A stretch of DNA of 64,000 nucleotides from an uncultured Bacilli bacterium (GCA_934096405.1 CAKOLW010000004.1:595-64594), one strand, 5' to 3'; positions 47,979-57,506 are shown, numbered from the stretch's first letter. The notes: generated by a model not told the origin, from the letters alone. Made by a program: numbers and translations.

Positions 47979-48094
47979 TGAAATTATTTGCAAGTTTATT
48001 TGGATTTATTGGTGAATTCGTTGCTAAAACAACATCAGGTGCTTGCTGGTGGACTTTATTAGACGAAGAAGAAACACCAGAAAGTTTATTATAA
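47978..48094 (+). CDS. agrD: AgrD-like autoinducing peptide precursor (38 aa), absent from ORF track
   Basis: A TAATG overlap with agrB and AGGAGG 10 nt upstream. It encodes MKLFASLFGFIGEFVAKTTSGACWWTLLDEEETPESLL: an amphipathic leader, a single Cys, a hydrophobic core and an acidic Pro-containing tail. Confidence 0.75.
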   Translation: MKLFASLFGFIGEFVAKTTSGACWWTLLDEEETPESLL

Positions 48095-48112
48095 TAACAT
48101 ATTTAAAATCTA

Positions 48113-48148
48113 TAAAAAAATAACACTTACACTAAAGTGTTATTTTTA
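48113..48148. terminator. bidirectional terminator shared by agrD and the agrC-like gene
   Basis: A run of A's, then ATAACACTT-ACACTA-AAGTGTTAT, then TTTTT. The stem overlaps the agrC-like stop. Confidence 0.75.
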
Positions 48149-49433
48149 ATTCTGTAACAAAATTTCCATTAAACATATATTGAATCAATTCTAAGTTATT
48201 TGTTGCTTTAACAATACTATTTACAAGATATAAACCATAACCACGATTTTCTCCTTTAGTACTAAAACCTTTTTTAGATATTTCATTAATATTTACTTCA
48301 TGTAATGTGCTATTTTCAATCAGAACCGTAATACTATTTTCAGAATTAACAAACATTTCAATAAATATTAACTTTTTCTTGGTCATCATTGACGCTTCAA
48401 TAGCGTTATCTAATAAAATTCCAATTATTTTGCAAACTTTAAAATATAACTTAGCATCTAATCTATCAAAATATTCATAAACTTGATTACTAATTTCACT
48501 ATTAAAATTTATATCTTTATCAATAATATTAGCCATTTTATAATAAACAATACCTTTAACTCCACTTGGCAATTTATACAGATTACTATAAGTATTAGTC
48601 TTTTTAGATTGATAATCTTTAATTATATCATTAAGCAAAACCTCATAATCCTTAGATGCCTTATTTTTAAAACTCTTAAGAGCTAACAAGTTATTTAACA
48701 TTTCATGTCTATTTATTCTACCTTTTTCCAAAATTATTTCATATTCGTTCATAATACTAAGTAAATTCTTCTGTTCTTCTATTGTTGTTTTATTTTTGTA
48801 ATAAAATTTTATAGCAACTATAAATAAAAATATGAAAAAAGAAATTAGAATAAATACTACCACAAAAGAATTTAAAGAACCATTAATTGAATGAATATAT
48901 GTAAGTACAGAAACACAAAGCATTAAATATAAAACAATAATAATCGTAAGATCACTATATTTATTTAAGATAATGTTCACAACTCTACCATAAATTTTTA
49001 TAACTTTTTTATTTTTGAATAATAGATAATAAATAGCAGATACTAATAAAGTATATGGCACCTGAACTAAAGATAAAACATAATTCGACATAGAAGAAAT
49101 ATTGGCCAAAAGTAAAACTAAAAAAGAAATAAGAAAATCAATAACTAGTAATACCAAATATAGCATTAAAGCTCGACAGAAACATTCACGTATATCTTGT
49201 TTAAATAAAAGTTTACAATCACCGCTTATTATAATTAACATAAAAATTATTTTATAATGATATGGTAAAAACATTGACACTAAAAATGCAAAAATGGAAG
49301 ATACTAATAATATCATTACAAGTTTTAAATTAATTTTAAGTTTATAATTTATAGTCGCTGCACAACTAACTAAAATTACTAATAGATTTATTACTATTCC
49401 TATAAAACATAGCACATAACTAACGATTTGCAC
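48132..49433 (-). CDS. agrC: AgrC-like (HPK10) sensor histidine kinase
   Basis: 433 aa with about 6 N-terminal TM helices. The H region is GRINRHEMLNNLLAL, the N-box LLDNAIEAS and the G-box KGENRGYGLYLV. Confidence 0.8.
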   Translation of the reverse strand: MQIVSYVLCFIGIVINLLVILVSCAATINYKLKINLKLVMILLVSSIFAFLVSMFLPYHYKIIFMLIIISGDCKLLFKQDIRECFCRALMLYLVLLVIDFLISFLVLLLANISSMSNYVLSLVQVPYTLLVSAIYYLLFKNKKVIKIYGRVVNIILNKYSDLTIIIVLYLMLCVSVLTYIHSINGSLNSFVVVFILISFFIFLFIVAIKFYYKNKTTIEEQKNLLSIMNEYEIILEKGRINRHEMLNNLLALKSFKNKASKDYEVLLNDIIKDYQSKKTNTYSNLYKLPSGVKGIVYYKMANIIDKDINFNSEISNQVYEYFDRLDAKLYFKVCKIIGILLDNAIEASMMTKKKLIFIEMFVNSENSITVLIENSTLHEVNINEISKKGFSTKGENRGYGLYLVNSIVKATNNLELIQYMFNGNFVTELKITL

Positions 49434-50139
49434 GTTCCATCAACTCTTTCTTACGTAATCTGGAAAGCATATACACAAATTCCCCAGAATCTAATATAAA
49501 TTTATTATCTTTCCAATCAAAAGCCTTAACCCTAGCTAAATTAACTATGCAAGACTTATGAGTATAAGCATAATTATTATTTAAATATTTCTCAAATTTT
49601 TTCAGTGTAGAAGACAAAACAAATCTACCGTCATCTGTTACAACAGATATTTTTCTTTCATTGTTATTTTTATAAACATATAGAATTCTATCTAAATCAA
49701 AGTTGTAAGTCATATAACTACTTTTTACTTTAAACTTTTCACAATAATTTAATTGCTTAATACAAACCTCTAAAAGCTCAACTAGATTTTTTTGATAATC
49801 TTCATCTTTTAATATAAAGTCTAGTATCTGTAGCCTTTCTTTAAAAGTACTTAAAGCTACTGATGAGTCCTCAGCGGTAAATATTACTATAGGACTATCC
49901 CAGTCATAAGTTCTTATTCTTCTAGCAATATCAGTTGCAGTACCATTTGGCAAATAATAATCTAACAAGAATACATGTCTATCATAACCACTTTCAAGTT
50001 CTTCAAAAACGCCTTCACATATTTTATCATAACTCAAAATATCATAATGATAGTTAGTATTAACCATAAAATTTACGATTAACCTTTTAATATCTTCCAC
50101 ATTATACTTGTTATCATCTACAATTATAAATTTAATCAT
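49420..50139 (-). CDS. agrA: LytTR-family response regulator (AgrA-like)
   Basis: 239 aa with the receiver MIKFIIVDD ... VFLLDYYLP. The C-terminal LytTR domain shows ILYVYKNNNERKISVVT ... YTHKSCIVNLARV. It overlaps the kinase gene by 14 nt. Confidence 0.88.
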   Translation of the reverse strand: MIKFIIVDDNKYNVEDIKRLIVNFMVNTNYHYDILSYDKICEGVFEELESGYDRHVFLLDYYLPNGTATDIARRIRTYDWDSPIVIFTAEDSSVALSTFKERLQILDFILKDEDYQKNLVELLEVCIKQLNYCEKFKVKSSYMTYNFDLDRILYVYKNNNERKISVVTDDGRFVLSSTLKKFEKYLNNNYAYTHKSCIVNLARVKAFDWKDNKFILDSGEFVYMLSRLRKKELMERANR

Positions 50140-50175
50140 TCAAACCTTCTCCCTCTTTCGTCGTTATACAACAAT

Positions 50176-50184
50176 ATAATACCA
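50176..50184 (-). promoter_or_regulatory. possible extended -10 element for the agrA/agrC operon
   Basis: The minus strand reads TGGTATTAT about 35 nt upstream of the agrA-like ATG. There is no good -35 box. Confidence 0.3.
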
Positions 50185-50240
50185 CTAAAAAGAAAGAAAG
50201 AACAGACCCTTACAGGTCATTTTTTAGATTTTTTCAAAAA

Positions 50241-50279
50241 AATATATAAAAAATATATAACTTTATGCAAGTTATATAT
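50241..50279 (-). terminator. intrinsic terminator after the M23 gene
   Basis: 11-bp arms ATATATAACTT / AAGTTATATAT with a 5-nt loop, followed on the minus strand by TTTTTATATATT. Confidence 0.6.
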
Positions 50280-50926
50280 TACAATTCATTAATATTCAAT
50301 GTATAAAAGTTCTCTGGATCCATTAATGTACCTTTATAATAAACCTCAAAATGCAGTGATGTTGAAAACTTAGAATTTATTTCAGATTTACCACTATACG
50401 CTAAAATCTGTCCTTGATTAACAACATCTCCTTCTTTTACATTAACTTTATCTACACCTTGATAAATAGTATAAATATCTTTATCATGCTCAATCTTTAT
50501 TATATTTCCTAAAACATCATCTTTTTCTACTTTTTTCACAGTACCATTTAACACACTTATTACTTCAAATTCATTATCACTTATATAATCTACTCCAGAA
50601 TTTTGCATATAGGTATTTTCATAAAAAATTATAGCATTTTCTTGAGAATTAGTATCACCTTCAAAATCATAAAAATACCTTCCCACACTTACTGTTTCAG
50701 ATTTATATGGTCTTATAATTGATATTGCTGTATCTTTATTTTCTTCACCTTGTACTGATTTAATATTTTTATTAACTAATCCATTAACAGAATATTTAAA
50801 GTTATTTTTTTCTTCCAAATATTTATTAATACCTGTTATAGTCAAAGTTATACAACCTATAACAGCAACCACAGCTATAAAATAAAAGCTTGGTATAATC
50901 ATTTTTTTAAAATTACTTTTTTTCAT
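50279..50926 (-). CDS. spoIIQ: membrane-anchored LytM/M23 domain protein with degenerate active site (SpoIIQ-like)
   Basis: 215 aa with an N-terminal TM helix. The HxxxD motif reads NSGVD and the HxH motif reads SLHFE. It follows spoIID directly. The gene symbol is inferred from context and degeneracy, not from a search. Confidence 0.6.
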   Translation of the reverse strand: MKKSNFKKMIIPSFYFIAVVAVIGCITLTITGINKYLEEKNNFKYSVNGLVNKNIKSVQGEENKDTAISIIRPYKSETVSVGRYFYDFEGDTNSQENAIIFYENTYMQNSGVDYISDNEFEVISVLNGTVKKVEKDDVLGNIIKIEHDKDIYTIYQGVDKVNVKEGDVVNQGQILAYSGKSEINSKFSTSLHFEVYYKGTLMDPENFYTLNINEL

Positions 50927-50967
50927 TGTTCACTCTCCCATTAATAATGTGAACAAGTTTTATTTTT

Positions 50968-51915
50968 TTATACATTATATTTTTTTATTTCAACACCTTT
51001 ATAATAATATTTTAAAATATCAATATAAGAATAGCCCATTTTTCCTAATTCATTAGCGCCATATTGACTCATCCCAACACCATGTCCATAACCTCTCGTA
51101 GTAATAATTACTTTGTCATCCTCTACATTCAAATCAAAATCTGTACTCCTTAAATTAAGTAATTTTCTAAGTTCTATACCACTATAAATTTTATTATTTA
51201 TTAATAATTCATTTATTCTACCACTTTCAGTTTTAGATAGCACATTAATTTCTAAGTTTTTTTCTTTTATATTAAGTTTTATTTTAAACTCATCTACAGT
51301 CAAAGTTACAACATATTCATAATTTTGAACATTTTTATCCCATGAAGAATCCGTAGAAATTAAATAAGGATAGCTATTACCAAATACTTTACTACACTCT
51401 TCAGTTTTACCATTACTCATACTAAAATAATAGGCATTAATTAGACTATCGTCATAAAAAATCACTTCATCATCAGTTGAAGTAACTGCATTAACTATAA
51501 AAGTATAATATAAATCAAAATTTTCATTCCATTTTTCTTTCATTTTAGTTTCATCTATATAACATTGATCAGTATTTTTTGCAATATAATTATTAACATT
51601 ATTTAATTTATTATAATAATATGTTCTAGCAGCAACTGCTCCCGCTTTCAGTGCTTCTTCATTAAATAAAGCTGGCATTTCACATGCCAAAACTCCAATT
51701 AAATAACTTCTTAAATTAATTTTAAAATCTTTTGAATTATAATTAATTAAAATAATTTGTTCTTTATCAGAATAAACTTCCTTTGAATTAATACTTTCTA
51801 ATTTTTTTGAATTATTATTTGGACAGCTTAAAATATAGCATAATAACAAAAATGGAATAAAAATTAAATATATAAAATTTTTTCTCATATAATTATATAT
51901 TCCATTAATTAACAT
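50968..51915 (-). CDS. spoIID: stage II sporulation protein D (SpoIID/LytB lytic transglycosylase)
   Basis: 315 aa with ACEMPALFNEEALKAGAVAARTYY and GYGHGVGMSQYGA. Confidence 0.9.
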   Translation of the reverse strand: MLINGIYNYMRKNFIYLIFIPFLLLCYILSCPNNNSKKLESINSKEVYSDKEQIILINYNSKDFKINLRSYLIGVLACEMPALFNEEALKAGAVAARTYYYNKLNNVNNYIAKNTDQCYIDETKMKEKWNENFDLYYTFIVNAVTSTDDEVIFYDDSLINAYYFSMSNGKTEECSKVFGNSYPYLISTDSSWDKNVQNYEYVVTLTVDEFKIKLNIKEKNLEINVLSKTESGRINELLINNKIYSGIELRKLLNLRSTDFDLNVEDDKVIITTRGYGHGVGMSQYGANELGKMGYSYIDILKYYYKGVEIKKYNV

Positions 51916-51927
51916 TTTATTCCATTT

Positions 51928-52377
51928 TTACTTAGTTTCCGCTTTTTTTATTTTATCAATTCTTCTTAAATATTTTTCTTCACTTATAAATGAAGCATTC
52001 ATATATGATTCAATAATATTCTTAACTTCAAAAAATGATAATTCAGCACTTAAACTAATAACATTAGCATTGTTATGTTCTTTAGCCAGCCTAGCTTCTC
52101 TAACACTATCAACCTTAGCACACATAATACCACTAATTTTATTAGCCATAATACTCATACCAATACCAGTACCACAAATTAAAATACCAAAATCAACTCT
52201 CTTCTTTTTTACTGCATCACAAACTACAAGAGCATAATCATTATAGTCAACACTCTCAGTACTTGTAGTACCAAAATCAACATATTGAATATTTTTTTTA
52301 GTAAAATATTTAATTATTTTACTTTTTGTTTTAAAACCCCTATGATCAGAAGCAATTCCTACTATCATCTTTATCAC
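51928..52377 (-). CDS. rpiB: ribose-5-phosphate isomerase B
   Basis: 149 aa with GIASDHRGF and ILICGTGIGMSIMANK. Confidence 0.92.
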   Translation of the reverse strand: MIKMIVGIASDHRGFKTKSKIIKYFTKKNIQYVDFGTTSTESVDYNDYALVVCDAVKKKRVDFGILICGTGIGMSIMANKISGIMCAKVDSVREARLAKEHNNANVISLSAELSFFEVKNIIESYMNASFISEEKYLRRIDKIKKAETK

Positions 52378-52417
52378 CCACCTATATTATAATTTTTTTT
52401 ACAAAAAAATAAAAGAT

Positions 52418-52446
52418 AAAAATAAAAAATAGTCAATTTATGACTA
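52418..52446 (-). terminator. intrinsic terminator after rpmE
   Basis: The minus strand has TAGTCA-TAAAT-TGACTA followed by TTTTTTATTTTTA. The stop codon lies in the stem. Confidence 0.6.
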
Positions 52447-52641
52447 CTTAATACCATATTTTTCTTTAAATTTTTGAACATTACCAGTTCTTGCAGCAAC
52501 CCTTTTACCTGTATAAAATGAATGACATTTATTACAAGTTTCAAGTTGTATCTCACTCCTTGTACTTTTAGTTACAAATTCATTACCACAGGCACATTTA
52601 ACTACACATTCTTTAAGTTCTGGATGAATTCCTTTTTTCAT
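52444..52641 (-). CDS. rpmE: 50S ribosomal protein L31 (Zn-ribbon type A)
   Basis: MKKGIHPELKE...CACGN...CNKCHSFYTGK. AAGGAG lies 9 nt before the ATG at 52641. The track ORF starts 7 codons too early. Confidence 0.95.
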   Translation of the reverse strand: MKKGIHPELKECVVKCACGNEFVTKSTRSEIQLETCNKCHSFYTGKRVAARTGNVQKFKEKYGIK

Positions 52642-52695
52642 TTTACATTCTCCTTTCGCCATAGTTATATAACTATAGAAACTCTTCGTGAAAGT

Positions 52696-52724
52696 AATAT
52701 ACCATTTTTTTTAATCTTTTTCAA
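52696..52724 (-). promoter_or_regulatory. sigma-A promoter for rpmE
   Basis: The minus strand reads TTGAAA-17 nt-TATATT with a TGg extension. Confidence 0.45.
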
Positions 52725-52740
52725 TACCTTTTGCTAATTT

Positions 52741-53244
52741 TTAGTACATATTTAATGAAATCATAGAATTTAATAAATTAACAATTAATTTATCCTTTTC
52801 ACTAATAATAATTTTATCAACAATTATTATACATCCAACTGCATCAGCATCAATTATAATTGGAACTGCATAAAAACTTTTTTCAATTACATTATTTCCA
52901 AAACTCAAACCATAATCTAATAAATCTTTTCTTTCATTCATTACTGAGTTTATCTTATTATCAATTTTTTCATCAATATAATTATTACTACTGCTTACTA
53001 TAATCTTATGTTTATCTGATAAATATATATTAGAATTTGTAAATTTACTAAACTCTTTAATCAATTTGGTTGATATATCTAAAACAGAAGAAATTTTTTC
53101 ATACTTTTTCAAAATAATTAAATTATCTTCTACATAAATTAAAACATCTTCACCATTTCTAATATTGAAACTTTTTCTAATCTCTTTTGGTATGACAATT
53201 CTACCTAACTCATCTATTTTTCTAACAATTCCTGTACTTTTCAT
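52741..53244 (-). CDS. spoVT: stage V sporulation regulator SpoVT (AbrB-type SpoVT/AbrB domain + GAF-like domain)
   Basis: MKSTGIVRKIDELGRIVIPKEIRKSFNIRNGEDVLIYVEDNLIILKKYEK closely parallels Bacillus SpoVT, and a C-terminal domain of about 115 aa follows. Its position next to mfd matches Bacillus. Confidence 0.85.
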   Translation of the reverse strand: MKSTGIVRKIDELGRIVIPKEIRKSFNIRNGEDVLIYVEDNLIILKKYEKISSVLDISTKLIKEFSKFTNSNIYLSDKHKIIVSSSNNYIDEKIDNKINSVMNERKDLLDYGLSFGNNVIEKSFYAVPIIIDADAVGCIIIVDKIIISEKDKLIVNLLNSMISLNMY

Positions 53245-53291
53245 AAACACCTCTAAAAATAGTTTTACTCATTTTTTTTTAAATATACTAT

Positions 53292-53320
53292 TTGACAATA
53301 AAGAATTAATAAATTATACT
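53292..53320 (+). promoter_or_regulatory. sigma-A promoter for ppa
   Basis: TTGACA-17 nt-TATACT, then AGAGGTG, then the ATG at 53336. Confidence 0.6.
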
Positions 53321-53335
53321 TAAAGAGGTGATAAA

Positions 53336-53818
53336 ATGAATAATATAGTAGAATCAATTATAGAAATACCAATGGGAACAAAAAATAAATTTGAAATAAA
53401 TAAAGACACAGGACGTATTAAATTAGACAGAGTATTATATAGTGCATTAACTTATCCAGGTGAATATGGTTTTATTGAAAAAACTTTAGCTCCAGATGGT
53501 GATCCATTAGATATCCTCGTAATTAGTTCATATCCAACATTTCCAGGCTGTGTAGTCGATGCTAGGGTCATAGGATATCTTACAATAATTGATAATGGTT
53601 CACATGATGAAAAAGTTATAGCTGTTGTAGATAAAGATCCTAGATTTGAAAATATAAATAATTTAGAAGATCTAACTGAACATCAAAAATCAGAAATCAA
53701 AGATTTTTTTCAAAATTATAAAACACTACAAAATATAAAGGTAATAGTAAAAGATTTTCATAATAAAGAAAAAGCCCTAAATTTAATAGAAAAATGCAAA
53801 AAAGCATATGAAAAATAG
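53336..53818 (+). CDS. ppa: inorganic pyrophosphatase, family I
   Basis: 160 aa with EIPMGTKNKFEI, YPGEYGFI and DGDPLDILV. Confidence 0.93.
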   Translation: MNNIVESIIEIPMGTKNKFEINKDTGRIKLDRVLYSALTYPGEYGFIEKTLAPDGDPLDILVISSYPTFPGCVVDARVIGYLTIIDNGSHDEKVIAVVDKDPRFENINNLEDLTEHQKSEIKDFFQNYKTLQNIKVIVKDFHNKEKALNLIEKCKKAYEK

Positions 53819-53843
53819 AAAGTAAAAATTACTTTCTATTTTT
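53816..53843. terminator. bidirectional terminator between ppa and mfd
   Basis: 10-bp arms TAGAAAGTAA / TTACTTTCTA with a 3-nt loop, followed by TTTTT. It overlaps the mfd stop. Confidence 0.75.
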
Positions 53844-56800
53844 GCTAATATAAATTAATAGTTCATAAACATAGTATAAGTAATGATTGTCTAAATTATT
53901 TTTTATAATAGAAATAAAAATAGAATTACCTTTATATAAAAAATTAAATTTCGTACATATTTTAGTAGCTGTTATAAATAATTGTTCAATATTTAAGGAA
54001 TTATAAATATTTTCATCCAACTTCATACTAAATTTTCCATTGTCGTTTACATTAACTATTATACCAATTTCATTTACTAGATTTTGAACCAATATTTCAT
54101 GCATATATATATCAAGTGTTTCATCAACTATTCCAAATCTGTCTTGAATCTCATTATATAACATCTTATATTCTTCTTCATTACTAATCTTTGATATTTT
54201 TTTATGTAAATCAATAATGATATTGTCTTCGTCAGAATAAGTTTTATCTATATGATTTTGAACATCATCAATTTTTGTTAATATTTCATTATTATTATCG
54301 ACTTTTCCATTTAATTCTTCATTAACCAATTCTAAGTACAAATCAACTCCTACACTATCAATAAAGCCTGCTTGCTCACTACCAAGCAAATCTCCAGCGC
54401 CCCTAATACTCAAATCCCGCATAGCTATTTTATAACCACTACCTAATTCTGTAAATTCTTTAATAGAATCAAGTCTTTTTATAGCAGTTTCTGTTAACAA
54501 TCTTGATTTATCATACATTAAATAAGCATAAGCCTGCTTATCGCTTCTACCAACCCTACCTCTTATCTGATAAAGTTGACTTAATCCAAAATGATCAGCA
54601 TCAATAACAATCATAGTGTTTGCATTAGGAACATCAATTCCATTTTCTATTATAGTTGTACTTACTAAAACATCAAAGGCACCTTGATTAAACCTATAAA
54701 TTACGTCTTGCATATCTTCTTTCTTCATTTTCCCATGTGCAAAACAAAAAGTTACTTCTGGTATTAATTTTGCAAAAGTTTGAACTATATTCTCCATATT
54801 TTCTACTTTATTATACAAAATAAATGATTGACCATATCTAGCTTTTTCCTTTAGAATCACTTCTCTAATAATATATGGATCATATCCTATAACATAAGTT
54901 TGTACTGGCAATTTATTAGCAGGTGGTGTTTCAATTAAAGATAAGTCGCGTATACCAATTAAACTCATTTGTAAACTTCTCGGAATTGGAGTAGCTGACA
55001 CGCTTAACACATGAACATTAGATTTAATTTGTTTTATCTTTTCTTTATGCATTACTCCAAATCTTTGCTCTTCATCTATTACTAATAATCCTAGTTCACG
55101 ATACTTAATTTGATTGCCCAATAATTTATGAGTACCAAAAATCACATCTATTTTTCCAGTCTCTAATTTATCTAATATTTCTTTTTCATCTTTTTTACTT
55201 GTGTAGCGATTTAATAAAGCTATATTAACTGCAAAATTTTTAAATCGACTTAAAGCAGAAGTATATTGTTGATAACTTAATAATGTTGTAGGACATAAGT
55301 ACATAACCTGTTTTCCATTCATTATAGCCTTAAAAATAGCTCTAAAAATAACTTCCGTTTTACCATATCCAACATCTCCACATAACAATCTATCCATAGG
55401 TTTTGAACTTTCTAAATCATGTTTAATTTCTAATGTACATTTAAGTTGATCAGGAGTTTCATCAAATATAAACTCACTTTCGAATAATGTTTGTTCTGGT
55501 GTATCTTTTTTAAAAGGTTCAATTAAAGTAACATTTCTCTTTTGATAAATCTTTATTAATTCATTACTTATATCCTTTATTTTATTTTTAATCTTTAACT
55601 TAGTTTTTTGCCACTCAATGCTATTTAATTTATGAATAATAGGCTTTGTACCTTCTTTAGAAGAATATTTATATAATTTATCAAAATCCTCAACAGGTAA
55701 ATATAATTTGTCATCACCTTTATATTTAATTAAAATATAATCCTTAGATTTTCCATTTTTACTAATTGTAGATAATCCCATGTAGACACCAACACCATTA
55801 GTTTTATGAACTACATAATCACCAATTTCTAACTTATCTAAAGAGTCTATTTTTTTTCCTAATTTAAATCCAGTATTATATTTAAAATTACTATGGTTAA
55901 CTAATAAATCATTTTTAGAATAATAATATTGACTATTATAAATAAATCCAGATGTAATATCTATATTTAATATTTTACCATTATAACTTAAGGAATTAAC
56001 AAATTCTTTATCAGTAGTACATAAATAACCATTATTATTAAAAATATCATTCAAGAATTTAGATTTATCATTATTATAATTCATAATAGATTCCGCATGA
56101 AACATGTAATTATAATTACCATTATTATTTAAAGTATCAATATAAATACTAAAAGTTGGTTTAATATCAGAAAGTTTAAAAAGAAAATCATCTTCTTGAT
56201 AATATTTCATTTGAGTTATTAAATTTTTTTCCACATTATATATTTGTAAATAATCTTGATAAATAGTTATATAATTATCAATGTAATCTAAAATATTGGA
56301 ATTAGAATTTTTATACTCATCTATTATTGGTTTAATTATAAAATGATCTATATTTGACAAACTTAATTGAGTATTTTCATCAAAATATTTAATTTCTTCT
56401 ATATCATTATCAAAAAATTCAATTCTTATAGGATGTTCTTCAAATATAGGAAAAACATCAATTACAAATCCTCTTACACTAAATTCACCAGTATTTGTAA
56501 CTATGCTTTCTTTTTTATAACCTATTTGCATTAGTTTTTCAATTAAAAGTTGTCTATCACAACTAGTATTAACTTTAAGTTCCAAGTTTTTATTTTGCAT
56601 TTGTAATTTAGAAGGTAATTTTTTTAACAGACTACTGGTATGACAAATCATAATAAATTTTTCATCAGTTTGAATCTTATTCAAAAATTTCATTCTCATA
56701 AACATTAACTCAGGAGAAGTTGCTATTGCTTTTTTAGTCAAATAATCATCATCAGGAAAAATATAAATATTTTTAACTGATTTACTAAGTTGAGAATACA

Positions 56801-56954
56801 ACTTATTAGCATCATTTAAATTAGGAGTAACTAAAATTAAATTTTTGTTACAACTAAAAAAGATATACAATAATAATTGATTGTATATTTCGTTTGGTGT
56901 AATAGATATTTTAATATTTTTTTCAATATTGATATCAAATAAATTACTAATCAT
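53829..56954 (-). CDS. mfd: transcription-repair coupling factor
   Basis: 1041 aa with an RNAP-interacting CarD-like region (GDYVVHKTNGVGVY). The SF2 motifs are CGDVGYGKTEV, DEEQRFGV and SATPIPR. A TRG-type region (QLYQIRGRVGR) follows. Confidence 0.95.
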   Translation of the reverse strand: MISNLFDINIEKNIKISITPNEIYNQLLLYIFFSCNKNLILVTPNLNDANKLYSQLSKSVKNIYIFPDDDYLTKKAIATSPELMFMRMKFLNKIQTDEKFIMICHTSSLLKKLPSKLQMQNKNLELKVNTSCDRQLLIEKLMQIGYKKESIVTNTGEFSVRGFVIDVFPIFEEHPIRIEFFDNDIEEIKYFDENTQLSLSNIDHFIIKPIIDEYKNSNSNILDYIDNYITIYQDYLQIYNVEKNLITQMKYYQEDDFLFKLSDIKPTFSIYIDTLNNNGNYNYMFHAESIMNYNNDKSKFLNDIFNNNGYLCTTDKEFVNSLSYNGKILNIDITSGFIYNSQYYYSKNDLLVNHSNFKYNTGFKLGKKIDSLDKLEIGDYVVHKTNGVGVYMGLSTISKNGKSKDYILIKYKGDDKLYLPVEDFDKLYKYSSKEGTKPIIHKLNSIEWQKTKLKIKNKIKDISNELIKIYQKRNVTLIEPFKKDTPEQTLFESEFIFDETPDQLKCTLEIKHDLESSKPMDRLLCGDVGYGKTEVIFRAIFKAIMNGKQVMYLCPTTLLSYQQYTSALSRFKNFAVNIALLNRYTSKKDEKEILDKLETGKIDVIFGTHKLLGNQIKYRELGLLVIDEEQRFGVMHKEKIKQIKSNVHVLSVSATPIPRSLQMSLIGIRDLSLIETPPANKLPVQTYVIGYDPYIIREVILKEKARYGQSFILYNKVENMENIVQTFAKLIPEVTFCFAHGKMKKEDMQDVIYRFNQGAFDVLVSTTIIENGIDVPNANTMIVIDADHFGLSQLYQIRGRVGRSDKQAYAYLMYDKSRLLTETAIKRLDSIKEFTELGSGYKIAMRDLSIRGAGDLLGSEQAGFIDSVGVDLYLELVNEELNGKVDNNNEILTKIDDVQNHIDKTYSDEDNIIIDLHKKISKISNEEEYKMLYNEIQDRFGIVDETLDIYMHEILVQNLVNEIGIIVNVNDNGKFSMKLDENIYNSLNIEQLFITATKICTKFNFLYKGNSIFISIIKNNLDNHYLYYVYELLIYISKNRK

Positions 56955-56963
56955 AAAATCACC

Positions 56964-57506
56964 TTAATTATATTCATTCATTAATTTTTCAAAATCTACT
57001 TTATTAAATTTATTTATAATTTCATCTACTTTGTTAAAAACACTATTTAATGTTTCTAAATCATTTTTACTAAATTTACCTAAAACGTAATCAATTTTAT
57101 TATTTACGCTTTTAGAGATCCCAATACGAATTCTTTTAAATTTTTCAGTACCCAAGCTATTAATAATACTTTTTATACCATTGTGACCAGCACTAGAACC
57201 TGCCATTTTTAATTTAAATGTTCCCAATTCGAAATCCATATCATCATATATAATCAAAATATCTTCAACAGATAAATTAAAATAATTCATAAAATAACTT
57301 ACTGATAAACCACTATAATTCATAAATGTTAACGGTTTTAAAAAAATAATTTTTTCTCCATTTATATTTATTTCATATATCATTCCATTCTTCTTTTTTT
57401 TAAAATTATTTTCACCTAAATAATGATCTATTGACATAAAACCTACATTATGACGTGTATTTTCATATTCATTTCCAGGGTTTCCTAATCCTACTATTAA
57501 CTTCAT
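56964..57506 (-). CDS. pth: peptidyl-tRNA hydrolase
   Basis: 180 aa with MKLIVGLGNPG, TRHNVGF and GHNGIKS. Confidence 0.95.
   Translation of the reverse strand: MKLIVGLGNPGNEYENTRHNVGFMSIDHYLGENNFKKKKNGMIYEININGEKIIFLKPLTFMNYSGLSVSYFMNYFNLSVEDILIIYDDMDFELGTFKLKMAGSSAGHNGIKSIINSLGTEKFKRIRIGISKSVNNKIDYVLGKFSKNDLETLNSVFNKVDEIINKFNKVDFEKLMNEYN

Noticed and set aside
50203-50236. Plus-strand GACC-6 nt-GGTC hairpin followed by T runs upstream of agrA (possible small RNA end or RNAIII-like element)
   Set aside because: The stem is only 4 bp, and there is no upstream plus-strand promoter or ORF. The T runs are ordinary intergenic composition, and the region is better read as the agrA promoter area.
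52374-52556. 60-aa ORF spanning the rpmE 3-prime end and the rpiB upstream gap
   Set aside because: It overlaps L31 in another frame and contains the rpmE terminator hairpin. There is no RBS.
52662-52675. Perfect 14-bp palindrome TAGTTATATAACTA in the rpmE leader
   Set aside because: It is composed almost entirely of A/T with a 2-nt centre, so it is a poor RNA hairpin. Nothing links it to a known operator (L31 type A is not Zur-regulated). Chance occurrence is plausible.
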